From Mobula hypostoma (lineage: Eukaryota), in NCBI RefSeq assembly GCF_963921235.1, contig NC_086108.1, positions 109,928,001 to 109,992,000 on the forward strand: a DNA stretch of 64,000 nucleotides, written 5' to 3'. Every line of letters begins with the position of its first letter. The first letter of the stretch is position 1. The notes under the pieces were generated by a model. That model made no database searches and was not told the DNA's origin. It worked only from the letters and a program-made list of their open reading frames with translations. A program made the translations under genes and the position numbers. Shown in pieces: positions 12,196-24,864 of this stretch.

Positions 12196-12750
12196 GGGTA
12201 GCATGGTAGCATAGCAGAGGTGTAACGCTCTACAGTACCAGTGACCTGGGTTCAATTCCCACCACTGTTTACAAGAAGTTTGCATGTTCTCCCCGTGACT
12301 GAATATGTTTCATCCAGGTTCCATTTGTGATAAAGAGTCTTGGCCTGAAACATGGACTGTTTATCCCCTCCGTAGATGCTGCCTGACCTGCTGAGTTCCC
12401 CCAGCATGTTGTGCGTGTGCATTGTTCTGTTGGAGGAGAGAAGTGAGCAATAGAGAAGGTGGACGGTGCAGGAGCGTAGCGGATAGCTTAACGCAATTAC
12501 AGCACCAGAGACCGGGGTTCAATTGCCACCACTGTCTGCAGTTCTCCCTTTGACCACGCGGGTTTGCACTCACAGTCCAAGCACGTACAGCTTTGGGGCA
12601 GTAAGTTGTGGACATGCTATGCTGATGTTGGAAGCATGGCAACACTTGCGGGCTGCTCCCAGCACATCCTCAGACCGTGATGGTTGTTAACTGATGTCTC
12701 ATTTCAATGCAGCTTTCAGTGTTTATGCAACAAATAAAGCCAAACTTTAC
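12196..12750 (+). mobile_element. Two V-SINE copies (~12196-12320 and ~12460-12750) flanking a short Penelope remnant
   Basis: A-box-like tggtagcatagc, B-box ggttcaattccc/ggttcaattgcc, then V-domain gtttgcatgttctccccgtgac. Confidence 0.7.
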
Positions 12751-12860
12751 TCTACAAGAGGCAATGTCTCAGGAAGGAGACAGCAGTCATCTGGGACTCA
12801 CAACATCCAGGTCATTCATGGCCTCTTCTCAATGCTGCCATCAGGCAGGAGGTATAGGAG

Positions 12861-15800
12861 TGTTACGTACCAGCAGCAACAGATATTAAATTAAGTCAGG
12901 TTTTAATAGATAAACAATGAAATGTATTAACCTCTACTCAAAAACATAGAAAAGTAAACAAATGACTAACTTAAACAGAAGTTAACTGTGTTATGCGTCT
13001 ACAGCTATCAAACAGTCGAGCTTAGAGACAATTCTTAACAGATCTTACTCAAGCACAGTCTTAAAGTGGTAGTTTAAGAAGCCCAAGTGATTCATGAAAT
13101 AAGTGAGAGGAGGAACTTCCCGAAGCAGCGAAGAGGCGACTCTTGAAGAAACGAAGAAACCGTTGATGCCAACCCCAGCCGAGAAGTACCTTTTCCGAAG
13201 AGACTATGAAGAGTGAGTTTTCTCAAAGTAATTGGCCTTTCACCGAAGTGGTCACCACACAACACCCAAACCATGTAAGGGTTAACAAAAGTGCGTGCCA
13301 CGTATGGATTATACCATAGAACCATAGAAACTACAGCACAGAATCAGGCCTTTTGGCCTTCTTGGCTGTGTTGAACCATTTTTCTGCCTAGTCCCACTGA
13401 CCTGCACACGGACCATATCCCTCCGTACACCTCCCATCCATGTATCTGTCCAATTTATTCTTAAATGTTAAAAAAGAACCCGCATTTACCACCTCATCTG
13501 GCAGCTCATTCCATACTCCCACCACTCTCTGTGTGAAGAAGCCCCCCCTAATGTTTCTTTTAAACTTTTCCCCCCTCACCCTTAACCCATGTCCTCTGGT
13601 TTTTTTCTCCCCTTGCCTCAGTGGAAAAAGCTTGCTTGCATTCACTCTATCTATACCCGTCATAATTTTATATACCTCTATCAAATCTCCCCTCATTCTT
13701 CTACGCTCCAGGGAATAAAGTCCTAACCTATCAACCTTTCTCTGTAACTGAGTTTCTCAAGTCCCGGCAACATCCTTGTAAACCTTCTCTGCATGCTTTC
13801 AACCTTATTTATATCCTTCCTGTAATTTGGTGACCAAAACTGAACACAATACTCCAGATTCGGCCTCACCAATGCCTTATACAACCTCATCATAACATTC
13901 CAGCTCTTATACTCAATGCTTCGATTAATAAAGGCCAATGTACCAAAAGCTCTCTTTACGACCCTATCTACCTGTGATGCCACTTTTAGGGAATTTTGTA
14001 TCTGTATTCCCAGATCCCTCTGTTCCACCGCACTCCTCAGTGCCTTACCATTAACCCTGTATGTTCTACCTTGGTTGTCCTTCCAACGTGCAATACCTCA
14101 CACTTGTCTGCATTAAACTCCATCTGCCATTTTTCAGCCCATTTTTCCAGCTGGTCCAAGTCCCTTTGCAGGCTCTGAAAACCTTCCTCGCTGTCTACTA
14201 CACCTCCAATCTTTGTATCATCAGCAAATATGCTGATCCAATTTACCACATTATCATCCAGATCATTGATATAGATGATGAATAACAATGGACCCAGCAC
14301 TGATCCCTGTGGCACACCACTAGTCACAGGCCTCCACTCAGAGAAGCAATTCTCTACTACCACTCTTTGGCTTCTTCCATCAAGCCAATGTCTGATCCAA
14401 TTTACCACCTCTCCATGTATACCTAGCAACTGAATTTTCCTAACTAACCTCCCATGCGGGACCTTGTCAAAGGCCTTACTGAAGTCCATGTAGACAATAT
14501 CCACTGCCTTCCCTTCATCCACTTTCCTGGTAACCTCCTCGAAAAACTCCAATTGATTGGTCAAACATGACCTGCCACGCACAAAGCCATGTTGACTCTC
14601 CCTAATAAGTCCCTGTCTATCCAAATGCTTGTAGATTCTGTCTCTTAGTACTCCCTCCAATAACTTACCTACTACCGATGTTAAACTTTCCGGCCTATAA
14701 TTTCCCGGATTACTTTTCGATCCTTTTTTAAACAGCGGAACAACGTGAGCCACTCTCCAATCCTCCAGCACCTCACCTGTAGACAGCGACATTTTAAATA
14801 TTTCTGCCAGGGCCCCTGCAATTCCAACACCAGTCTCCTTCAAGGTCCGAGGGAACATCCTGTCAGGTCCCGGGGATTTATCCACTTAAATTTTCCTCAA
14901 GACAGCAAGGATCTCCTCTTTTTCGATCTGTACGGTTTCCATGATCTCGCTACTTGTTTCCCCTAATTCCATAGACTTCATGCCAGTTTCCTTAGTAAAT
15001 ACAGACGCAAAAAACCTATTTAAGATCCCCCCCATTTCCTTTGGTTCCGCACATAGGCGACCACTCTGATCTTCAAGAGGACCAATTTTATCCCTTACAA
15101 TCCTTTTGCTCTTAATATACCTGTAAAAGCTCTTTGGATTATCCTTCACTTTGACTGCCAAGGCAACCTCATGTCTTCTTTTAGCACTCCTGATTTCTTT
15201 CTTAAGTATTTTCTTGCACTTCTTATACTCCTCAAGCACCTTATTTATTCCCTGCTTCCTATATATGTCATACAACTCCCTCTTCTTCTTTATCAGAGTT
15301 GCAATATCCCTTGAGATCCCAGGTTCCTTATTCCTATTCACTTTGCCTTTAATCCTGACAGGAACATACAAATTCTGCACTCTTAAAATTTCTCCTTTGA
15401 AGGCTTCCCACCTACCGATCACATCCATGCCAGAGAACAACCTGTCCCAATCCATGCTTTTTAGATCCTTTCTCATTTCTTCAAATTTGGCCTTCTTCCA
15501 GTTAAGAACCTCAACCCTAGGACCAGATCTATCCTTGTCCATGATCAAGTTGAAACTAATGGTGTTATGATCACTGGAACCAAAGTGCTCCCCTGCACAG
15601 ACTTCTGTCACTTGTCCTAACTCATTTCCTAACAGGAGATCCAATATTGCATCCCTTCTAGTTGGTCCCTCTATATATTGATTTAGAAAACTTTCCTGAA
15701 CACATTTTACAAACTCTAAACCATCTAGACCCCTAACAGTATGGGAGTCCCAATCAATGTATGGAAAATTAAAATCCCCTACCACCACAACTTTATGTTT

Positions 15801-17350
15801 CCTGCAGTTGCTTGCTATTTCCCTGCAGATTTGCTCTTCCAATTCTCGTTGACTATTGGGTGGTCTGTAATACAATCTCACTAATGTGGCCATACCTTTC
15901 CTGTTTCTCAGCTCCACCCATAAGGACTCAGTAGACAAGCCCTCTAATCTGTCCTGCCTGAGCACTGCTGTAATATTTTCCCTAACAAGCAATGCTACTC
16001 CCCCACCTTTCATTCCTCTGCCTCGATCACATCTGAAACATCGGAACCCTGGAATAATAAGCTGCCAGTCCTGCCCCTCCTGTAGCCAAGTTTCACTAAT
16101 TGCTATAACGTCATAATTCCACGTGTCAATCCACGCCCTCAACTCATCCGCCTTCCCCGCAATACTCCTAGCATTGAAATATATACACCTCAGAAGATTT
16201 TTACCACCATTCACAACCTTTCTATTAGCAGATTTGCTTGAACTTTTAACATCATTTATTTTCACCCCAGCCACACTGTCAGCTCTGGCAGTCTGGTTCC
16301 CATCCCCCTGCAAATCTAGTTTAAAGCCTCCTCAATAGCACTAACAAACCTCCCTGAAAAGACATTGGTCCCCCTGTAGTTCAAGTGTAACCCGTCTCTC
16401 TTGTACAGGTCCCACCTGCCCCAGAAGAGGTCCCAATTATCCTTAAATCTGAAACCTTGCCCCCTACACCAGTTCCTCATCCACTTGTTCATCCTCCAGA
16501 GCATCCTATTCCTACCCTCACTGGCACCTAGCACAGATAGCAATCCTGAGATTACCACCCTCAAGGTCCTGCTTTTCAACTTCCTACCAAGCTCTCTATA
16601 CTCACTCTCCTGGACCTCCTCATTCTACCTTGCTATGTCATTGGTACCGATGTGCACCACGACATCTGGCTGATCACCTTCCCATTTCAGAATGTCATGC
16701 AATCGATCAGAGACATCCTTGACCCTGGCACCCGGGAGGCAACAAACCATCCTGGATTCTCTGTCATGACCACAGAACCTCCTATCTGCACCTCTAACTA
16801 TCGAGTCCCCTATCACTATCGCTCTCCTCTTTTCCCCCCTCCCTTCTGCACTGCAGAGCCAGACTCAGTGCCAGAGATCCGTCCCAGGTAAGTCATCCCC
16901 CCCCAACAGTATCCAATGCGGTATACTTGTTGTTGAGGGGAATGGCCACAGGGGAACCCTGCTCTGCCTGCCCTTTCCTCTTCCCTGGCCTGACAGTGTC
17001 CCAATTTCCTGTGCTCTGCTCCTTTGGCGTAACTACCAAGTGTCAGTTACATCCAAAATGCATCAAATGCCGCTGATTAACCCCAATCCTTTGGGTTCGT
17101 TCAAAGCTTGCAATCTTCACTCTCTCTTTTGCTCTCCTTCTACAATTGCGTAACCACCAACTGCAACTCCCAACAACGTGACTGCCAACAATTAGCAGTT
17201 TCCCTTTTTATACCAGTGGGATATGCCATCATGTGAAGCTCACAGGTAACAAAGTCATGGGACACTCATGGGAATTGATACTCACGGGAATCACAAGACA
17301 CTCACAGTAATCGATACTCACGGGAATCACTATTCACGGGACAGGTAACA
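12861..17350 (-). repeat. 3' LTR, split by a CR1 insertion (12861-13316 plus 17034-17350)
   Basis: TGT...ACA termini. About 20 mismatches over 456 aligned bases versus 23615-24070 (manual count). Confidence 0.93.
13317..17033 (-). mobile_element. Near-complete CR1 LINE (ORF1 esterase region plus ORF2 APE-RT) inserted in the 3' LTR
   Basis: ORF1 IGDSIVRG..VVHIGTND..DGLH (SGNH esterase). ORF2 YFNARS..ISETWL..GDFNFP..SDH and GVPQGSVLGP..FADDTK, with one stop (14886-14888) and two late frameshifts. (TTCTATGG)n tail; TACCA duplicated at 13312-13316 and 17034-17038. Confidence 0.95.
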
Positions 17351-17360
17351 CCTCCCCTCA
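17351..17360 (-). promoter_or_regulatory. Polypurine tract of the Gypsy element
   Basis: TGAGGGGAGG directly abuts the TGT start of the 3' LTR on the minus strand. Confidence 0.85.
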
Positions 17361-18212
17361 GGAAAAGAAAATTTTGATCTATCAAGAGGAAAATTTTAAC
17401 TACAATTTACAAAATATACAAATGTATAAAATCTACAAAATGCCCAATACACATACGGTTATCATACAGCACCCTACAAACTAATATAACATATGGCCAG
17501 GGTTGTATACAAATATCAAAATTCCACTCCATTAATAAAATATTACATTGCAAGTTCAACATCTGGACAGACAGTTGGCAATTACATTATCTTTGCCTTT
17601 AATGTGAGTTATTAAGAGATCATATTCTTGTAAAATTAAACTCCAATTCAGCAACCTTCTATTTTTGTTTTTCAGTTTATTCAAAAATACCAATGAGTTA
17701 TGATCGGTGTAAACCACAAGTGGTTTTTGAGTTGCGCCAACATACACATCAAAACTTTGCAGAGCCAAAATAAGGGATAATAATTCCTTTTCTATGGTTG
17801 AATAATTTCTTAGATGTTCATTAAATTTCTTGGAGAAGTAAGCCACAGGATGGTCAACATCATCATAATTATCCTGTTGTAGTAACACTGCTCCTGCAGC
17901 CTCGTCACTGGCATCCACAGCTTGGGAAAATGGTTTTGCAAAGTCAGGTGACCTCAGCACAGGTTGGTGACATAGGATAGCTTTCAATTTATCAGATGCC
18001 TCCTGACAAGGCTCTTTCCAAACAAACTTCTCACCTCTCTTCAGGAGGTTAATTAATGGAAGAGCAATCTCGGCAAAGTTCTTATAGAACTTGCGGTGAC
18101 ATCCTACTGTTCCCAAGAATCTTCTAAGAGCCTTTTTACCGGTTGGAGTGGAAACCTCCAAAATTGCTTGAACTTCTGCCTGAACAGGAGCCAACCTGCC
18201 TTGACACACAAC

Positions 18213-18580
18213 TCTGATGGTGGTGTCTGAAAAGAGGATGCTGTCCAAGTTGCATGCCATCTTGGACAATGTCTCCCATCCACTACATAACGTACTGGTT
18301 GGGCACAGGAGTACATTCAGCCAGAGACTCATTCCACCGAGATGCAACACAGAGCGTCATAGGAAGTCATTCCTGCCTGTGGCCATCAAACTATACAACT
18401 CCTCCCTTGGAGGGTCAGACACCCTGAGCCAATAGGCTGGCCCTGGACTTATTTCCTGGCATAATTTACATATTACTATTTAACTATTTATGGTTTTATT
18501 ACTATTTAATTATTTATGGTGCAACTGTAACGAAAACCAATTTCCCCCGGGATCAACAAAGTATGACTATGACTACGACT
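18213..18580 (+). mobile_element. Rex1/Babar-type LINE 3' fragment inserted in Gypsy RT
   Basis: ILDNVSHPLH..RLIPPRCNTERHRKSFLPVAIKLYN* and a (GACTAT)n tail; AAC duplicated. Removing it restores YLGYV|VCQG. Confidence 0.9.
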
Positions 18581-20933
18581 AACATAACCAAGATAGGTCA
18601 CAGTGGCATGGTCAAATTCACTTTTAGCTAAGTTAACGGTGATGTTGGCTTTTGAGAGCCTTTCAAACGGCTTTTCCACTGCAGAGTTATTTGCTTCCCA
18701 AGTGTCATTCCCTGCGACTAAATCATCAATATAGGCATCTGTGTGTTTTAACCCTTGAATTACAGAATTAAACATTCTCTGGAAGGTTCCTGGAGCATTC
18801 TTCCTTCCAAATGGCAGACCATTGTATTCATATAACTCAGATGGCATTACAAAGGCAGAAATTTCTCTACCTTTATCCGTCAGTGAAACATACCAATACC
18901 CTTTTAACAGAACGATCTTTGTAAGAAACTTAGCTTTTCCAACCTTGTCCACACAATTATCTACCCTAGGGATTGGATACGCATCAGTTTTTGTTACAGC
19001 ATTCACCTTTCTGTAATCAGGACAAAACCGAATACTACCGTCTGGTTTCGGCACCATGACACAAGGTGAACTCCAATCCAAAGTAGAGGGTCTAATAATA
19101 TCATTTTCTAACATATACTTTAGTTCTTGTTCGGCAAGTGTCCATTTTTTCACGTTCATTCAATATGGATGTTGCTTTATCAGTTTGGCATTTCCATTAT
19201 CTACATCATGTGAGGCTACTGTGGTTCTTTTTGGAATGTCTGGAAATAAATTCCTAAATTTCATGATTAACTGCTTCATTTGCTGCCACTGCTGTGGCTG
19301 CAAATGAGCCAATTTCTCATCAATACTTTCCAAAATTGTCAAATTTGTTAGTCTGGCGGAAATGATGTTCGGTTTAAAATAAGCCTCAGATGGATCAACT
19401 ACCAAGTTCCCAGGGAGGTCAGACTCATTGTTATTGACAACCACAGTCATAGCAGCTGACTGTTTTTCATAATATGGTTTTATCATGTTTACATGACAAA
19501 GCTGCATTGGCCTTTGTCGATCTGGTGTTTTTACCACATAGTCAACATTATTAACTTTAGATATACTCTCGTAAGGACCATGAAATTTAGCTTGCAAAGT
19601 GTTAATTTGCACAGTGAAGAGAACCAACACCTTATCTCCCAGCTTGAATGAACTCATTCTAGCTTCCTTGTCGTACCAAGCTTTCATTCTTTCCTGAGCA
19701 AATTTTAAAGTTTCCCTTGCTAAACTGCAAGCTTTTTGCAATCTCTCCTTAAATTTTAAGACATAATCCATAATGTAGTTCTTTGTTAACCCACTGTTCT
19801 TTTAACAATGCCAAAAATCCTCGGACTCTGTGCCTAAACACAAATTCAAAGGGGCTAAAGCCGAGGGGCTCCTGCACTGACTCCCTTACTGCAAACAAAA
19901 GCAAATGAACTCCCTCATCCCAATCCTTCTCATTTTCAACACAAACGTCCTAATCATGGTTTTGAGAGTAGAATGGAACCTTTCTAAGGCTCCTTGTGAT
20001 TCTGGATGGTACGCAGATGATGTAATCTGTTTGGCTCCCAGTTTATAAACTACCTGCTAGAATAATCCAGACATAAAATTACTTCCTTGATCAGACTGGA
20101 TTTCTTTAGGCAACCCAAATACAGTAAAAAACTTTATGAGAGCCTTCGACACAGTTTTAGCTTTTATATTCCTGAGAGGTATTGGTTCTGGAAACCTAGA
20201 TGCTGTAGATATGATGGTCAACAAATATTGATGGCCAGCTTTAGTTTTTGGCAATGGGGTAACACAATCCACAATAACTTTAGAAAATGTTTTACCAAAT
20301 TCAGGAATAGGTTGCAATGGGGCAACTGGGGTGACTTGATTAGGTTTACCCACAACCTGACAAGTGTGACAAATTTGACAAAATGTCGCCACATCTTTCC
20401 TCAACCCAGGCCAGAAGAAGTGTTTAAAAACCTTGTTCACAGTTTTATTCACACCAAGATGGCCACCCAAGGGCATACTATGAGCCAAAGTTAAAATCTC
20501 ACTCGTATAGACTTTAGGAACTACTACCTGGTGAACAACTGCCCAATCCTCACTTGCAGGAATCTCAGGTAGTCTCCACTTCCTCATTAACACTCCACTC
20601 TTGAAATAATACCCTACTGCAACCTTCTCAATCTCATTATCTGGGAGAGATTTTCCTCTTAAGGTGGCAATCTCAGGGTCTCTGCTCTGCTCTGACATAA
20701 TCTCCTTCCTAAACAGGACAAGTCTTTATGGTCAGACTCACTATGAGGATCTTGATCAAACAAGGAAGGTAGGAAAGTTCCTGACAAATCATCAGAATCT
20801 GAATCCCGATTTGAGCTGTCATGGGTATCAGATCCATGCTGCACAGAACCATCTGCCTTGGCAAACTTTTTGGCCATAGCTCGGGTTACTGCACAGGAGG
20901 GATACATGTTGGAATCTATCTTTGGATCATCAG

Positions 20934-21285
20934 CCATTTCCATGAACTGTTTGTTCTTCTGCCATCAGGCAAACGTTACAGGAGCATCAAAACTAAAACC
21001 ATAAGGCTACTAAACAGCTTCCTCCCACAGGCAGTCAGACTGCTAAATAACTGCTCTACCTGACTCTGCTTTGGACACTTTTAACTTGCACTGGACACTT
21101 ATAACTTGATTTTAACTGACATCTGGCTGTTGTGTTTTACTATTTATTGTTATGTTTATTATTTAGTGTTGCGTTTGTTATGTTATGATTGCACTGCTCC
21201 TGAGAAAACGCTGTCTCATTCTGCCCTGCAGAGCTGATGTACGGTTAGAATGACAATAAAGTTTTTTGAATCTTTGAATCTTTGA
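20934..21285 (+). mobile_element. Rex1/Babar-type LINE 3' fragment inserted between Gypsy PR and IN
   Basis: LFVLLPSGKRYRSIKTKTIRLLNSFLPQAVRLLN, AATAAA and a (TTTGAATC)n tail; TSD ATCAG at 20929-20933 and 21286-21290. Confidence 0.9.
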
Positions 21286-22411
21286 ATCAGTGATTAGCTT
21301 AGTTGTCAGCTGCACTGCAGGAACAACTTTTCCACCTGCTAGGTCATTCCCTAACAATAAAGAAACACCATCCACCGGTACACTGGGACGTAGTCCTATT
21401 TTAACAGGTCCTGTAACTAATCCTGACTTTAAAACTACTTTGTGCAGAGGTACAGACATAAGGTGGCCCCCAATACCTCGTATAAGATTTACCTCACCAG
21501 TGGCAGTCTCATCACTAAACTCTAGAACACTGTCTAACATAAGTGACTGAGAAGCCCCAGTATTCCAAAGTATTTTTACGCGTACTTGGGTGGACCCTTC
21601 ATTCACGGAAACAAATCCCTCTGACATAAAATGATCAAATCCCTTCCTCACTTGGTCAGACCTCTCAGACCCTAACAGAGCCTCCTTTGAATGTCCCGAA
21701 CCCTGCGGGTTTATGGGTGTTTCAAAGTGTTGCACACGGGCATCTAGAACTGCTTCCTTTTCCTTCTTCTTCAGACGGAAACAGTTAGCCATAACATGAC
21801 CAGATTTCCCACAATAGTGACAAATAGGACCAAAATGTTTTTCCTTCATCCTTACCTTTATCACTAGCTTCCGATTAATTTCTGGTTTACCCTGACTATC
21901 CATGCTACTTTTTTGGAAAGTTTTATTCAGAGTAAACTTACTCTTGTGGGTGAGAGCAAACTCATCTGCTAATTTGCAATGTGGCAGTGTCCTTCTCATC
22001 CAAATATGCCTTTATGTCATAGGATCACACCTTTTAAATTCCTCAATTAAAACCAACTCATTCAAGTTGTCATAACCTCCATTCACATTCTTAGATGTGC
22101 ACCATGGCTCAAAACACACAGATATATCATAGGCAAATTCCACATAAATCTGGTTCACGGATTTCTTCAGATTTCTAAATCTTTGTCTATAAGCTTCCAG
22201 AACCAATTCGTAAGCTTTAAATATAACCTGCTTCACAGTATCATAATCAGCTACCTCTTCAACGGATAAGGTTGTATAAACTTGCTGTGTTTTACCCTTA
22301 ATTACACTTTGTAAAAGGATAGGCCAGCCATTTTTTGGCCACTGTGAACTCTGAGCATCTTTCTCAAAATGCCGGAAGTATTTATCAACTTCAGCCTCAT
22401 TAAATAGAGGG

Positions 22412-22964
22412 TCAAAGCAACACTCACAACACGCTGGAGGAACTCAGCAGGTTGGGTAGCATCCGTGGAAAAGATCGGTCGACGTTTCGGACCGTAACCC
22501 TTCGTCAGGACCATAGAGGGAAGGGGCAGAGGCCCTATAAAGAAGGTTGGGGGAGGGTGGGGAGGAGAAGGCTGGTAAGTTCCAGGTGAAAAACCAGTAA
22601 GGGGAAAGATAAAGGGGTAGGGGAGGGGAGCAGGGAGGTGATAGGCGGGAAAGGTGAAGAAAGAATAGGGGAAAACACAATGGCTAGTAGAAGGAGGTGG
22701 AACCATAGGGGAGGTAATAGGCAGCTGGGGGAGGGGGCAGAGTGACATAGGGATAGGGGAAGGGAGGGGGAGGGAATTACCAGAAGTTGGAGAATTCTAT
22801 GTTCATATCAAGGGGCTGGAGACTACCCAGACGGTATATGAGGTGTTGCTCCTCCAACCTGAGTTTGGCCTGATCATGGCAGTAGAGGAGGCCATGTATG
22901 GACATATCCGAATGGGAATGGGAAGCAGAGTTGAAGTGGATGGCGTCTGCAGATTATTTTGTGT
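22412..22964 (-). mobile_element. Penelope-like element 3' fragment (GIY-YIG C-terminus plus pLTR) inserted in gag
   Basis: 22944-22777 reads AIHFNSASHSHSDMSIHGLLYCHDQAKLRLEEQHLIYRLGSLQPLDMNIEFSNFW*. A 12-bp TSD ttaaat(a/g)gaggg lies at 22400-22411 and 22965-22976. Confidence 0.9.
22477..22512 (-). ncRNA. Minimal type I hammerhead ribozyme motif
   Basis: GGUC CUGACGA A GGGU UACG GUCC GAA ACGU C GACC: intact core, stems I and II, palindromic stem III and a GUC cleavage triplet. Confidence 0.8.
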
Positions 22965-23589
22965 TTAAATGGAGGGAGCAATTCTACCTCCTGACTGGCA
23001 ACAAACTTAACACCAGAGTCTACCGCTAGACCTCTTTGCTTCAATCTCTCTATCTTTTCTAGCTCAAATTCCCTCTGTTTTTGTTTGCTTCTTCCCTCCA
23101 TTTGTCAGCTTCTCTAGCATCAAACTGCCTCTGTTTCTCTGCAGCTTCTAATCGACTTCGTTCCAACTCAGCCTCTAATCGACTTCGTTCCAACTCAGCC
23201 TCTAATCGTTTTTGTTGTAAGTCAGCCTCTATTTTAACTTTCTCTAACGCTATTTGTTCTAGCTGTAACTGGATCACATCTTTACTTACAGGAAACTTCT
23301 CTAACACCGCGTCATCAGATTTCCCCTTAGTTATATAATACTCAAACATTTTCCTCTGAATTTCAGGCTTTGTCACAGCAGGCTTTAAGGTCCAGCTCTT
23401 TAGTAATTTCCAGCACCTCATCCCTTTTGGCTTTCACTAATGCCTCAGGAGTTGGCAATACCAGAAATTCCCCAACATCCATTGCTGCTGATTTCCACAC
23501 ACAAACCAATCAAACAAACGGAATCGGGTATTTCCCTTTTCCCACTCAGATTGATAATTAAACAATCAATAAGCTCTAAATTTGTTCAC

Positions 23590-23607
23590 ATCCCAGACGA
23601 GCCCCCA
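23590..23607 (-). promoter_or_regulatory. Primer-binding site, tRNA-Pro
   Basis: TGGGGGCTCGTCTGGGAT, one mismatch from the canonical tRNA-Pro PBS TGGGGGCTCGTCCGGGAT, 7 nt downstream of the 5' LTR. Confidence 0.9.
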
Positions 23608-23614
23608 ATTTTTA

Positions 23615-24308
23615 TGTTACGTACCAGCAGCAACAGATATTAAATTAAGTCAGGTTTTTATAAATAAACAATGAAATTTATTAACCCCTACTCAAAAACA
23701 TAGAAAAGTAAACAAATGACTAACTTAAATGGAATTTAACAGAGTTATGCGTCTACAGCTATCAAATAGTCGAGCTTAGAGACAATTCTTAACAGATCTT
23801 ACTCAAGCACAGTCTTAAAGTGGTAATTTAAGAAGCCCAAGTGATTCATGAAATAAGTGAGAGGAGAAACTTCCCGAAGCAGCGATGAGGCCATTCTTGA
23901 AGAAACAAAGAAACCGTTGATGCCGACCCCAGCCGAGAAGTACCTTTTCCGAAGAGACTATGAAGAGTGAGTTTTCTCAAAGTAACTGGCCTTTCACCGA
24001 AGTGGTCACCACAAAACACCCAAACCATGTAAGGGTTAACAAAAGTGCGTGCCACGTATGGATTACACCAAGTGTCAGTCACACCCAAAATGCACCAAAT
24101 GCTGCTGATTAACCCCAATCCTTTGGGTTCATTCGAAGCCTGCAATCTTCACTCTCTCTCTCCCTTGCTCTCCTTCTATGATTGCGTAACCACCAACTGC
24201 AACTCCCAACAAAGCGACTGCCAACAATCGGCAGTTTCCCTTTTTATACCAGTGGGATATGCCATCATGTGACACTCACAGGAATCAATACTCACAGGAC
24301 AGGTAACT
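23615..24308 (-). repeat. 5' LTR of the Gypsy element
   Basis: Direct repeat of the split 3' LTR. Minus-strand TATAAAAA at 24248-24241; outer terminal base mutated (ACT versus ACA). Confidence 0.93.
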
Positions 24309-24864
24309 GGAGCCTGAAGACACAATCTCAAGATTCAACAACAGTTTCTTTCCCACTGCCTTCAGGTTCTTGAACAGACTTGCAAAGTCCTCCACCAGTG
24401 CCTTGTAATTTATGTTTGTTCAAATTTATGTTGTTTATGTATAATTTATGTTCATTTGAATTTACATCATTTATGTGTACATTTATGTATAATTTATGTT
24501 AATTTAAGTTTATGTTTGTCATGTTTGTAATGTACCGCTCTACTGCCGCGACAAGGTGACGTTCATGACATTTATACCGTGAGTTTGAAGGTATGAGCAT
24601 GGAAATAAACTTGAGTTTCTGCACTTCACCACCCACCGTTCTGAATCAGCAGTATGTCTGTCTGGAACCTCCATCTTTATCTAGGTAAAGATCCTTAGAT
24701 CCATCTCTCGTCCAGTCCCCTAACAACAAGCGTTTCTCCATTAGGATTCTCATCTGGGATTTTAACCAATTTCCCCCGGGATCAATAAAGTATGACTAAG
24801 ACTATGAAATGATTTTCTATGGGGATTCTCTGCCCTCTTTCCAAAACCAGAAAGGTTAGTATAA

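Larger units (their letters stand above)
17556..21999 (-). pseudogene. Gypsy gag-knuckle/PR-IN-RT-RH polyprotein, disrupted
   Basis: ORFs 21178-21999 (CCHC, PR), 20057-20698 and 19160-19771 (IN), 18506-19159 (RT) and 17556-18350 (RT/RH), broken by stops, frameshifts and two LINE insertions. Confidence 0.92.
22012..23421 (-). pseudogene. Gypsy gag with coiled-coil and SCAN-like capsid CTD, disrupted
   Basis: LEAELERSR repeat; LLPPF|NEAEVDKYFRHFEK split by the Penelope insert; EAYRQRFRNL..W..ELVLIEEF resembles the SCAN domain. Confidence 0.85.
12861..24308 (-). mobile_element. Full-span decayed Gmr1-like Ty3/Gypsy LTR retrotransposon
   Basis: Paired LTRs, 4-bp TSD GGAG (12857-12860 and 24309-24312), PBS and PPT. 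Gag has a SCAN-like segment and CHYCGKSGHVMANC. Protease ILWNTGASQS is followed by integrase (AH..PLGGHLG..CQICHTC..SDQGSNF), RT (AYIDDL) and RNase H (AVDASD..YTDHN). Confidence 0.95.

Noticed and set aside
12196..12270. tRNA-like A/B boxes
   Set aside because: This is the head of a V-SINE; there is no complete cloverleaf.
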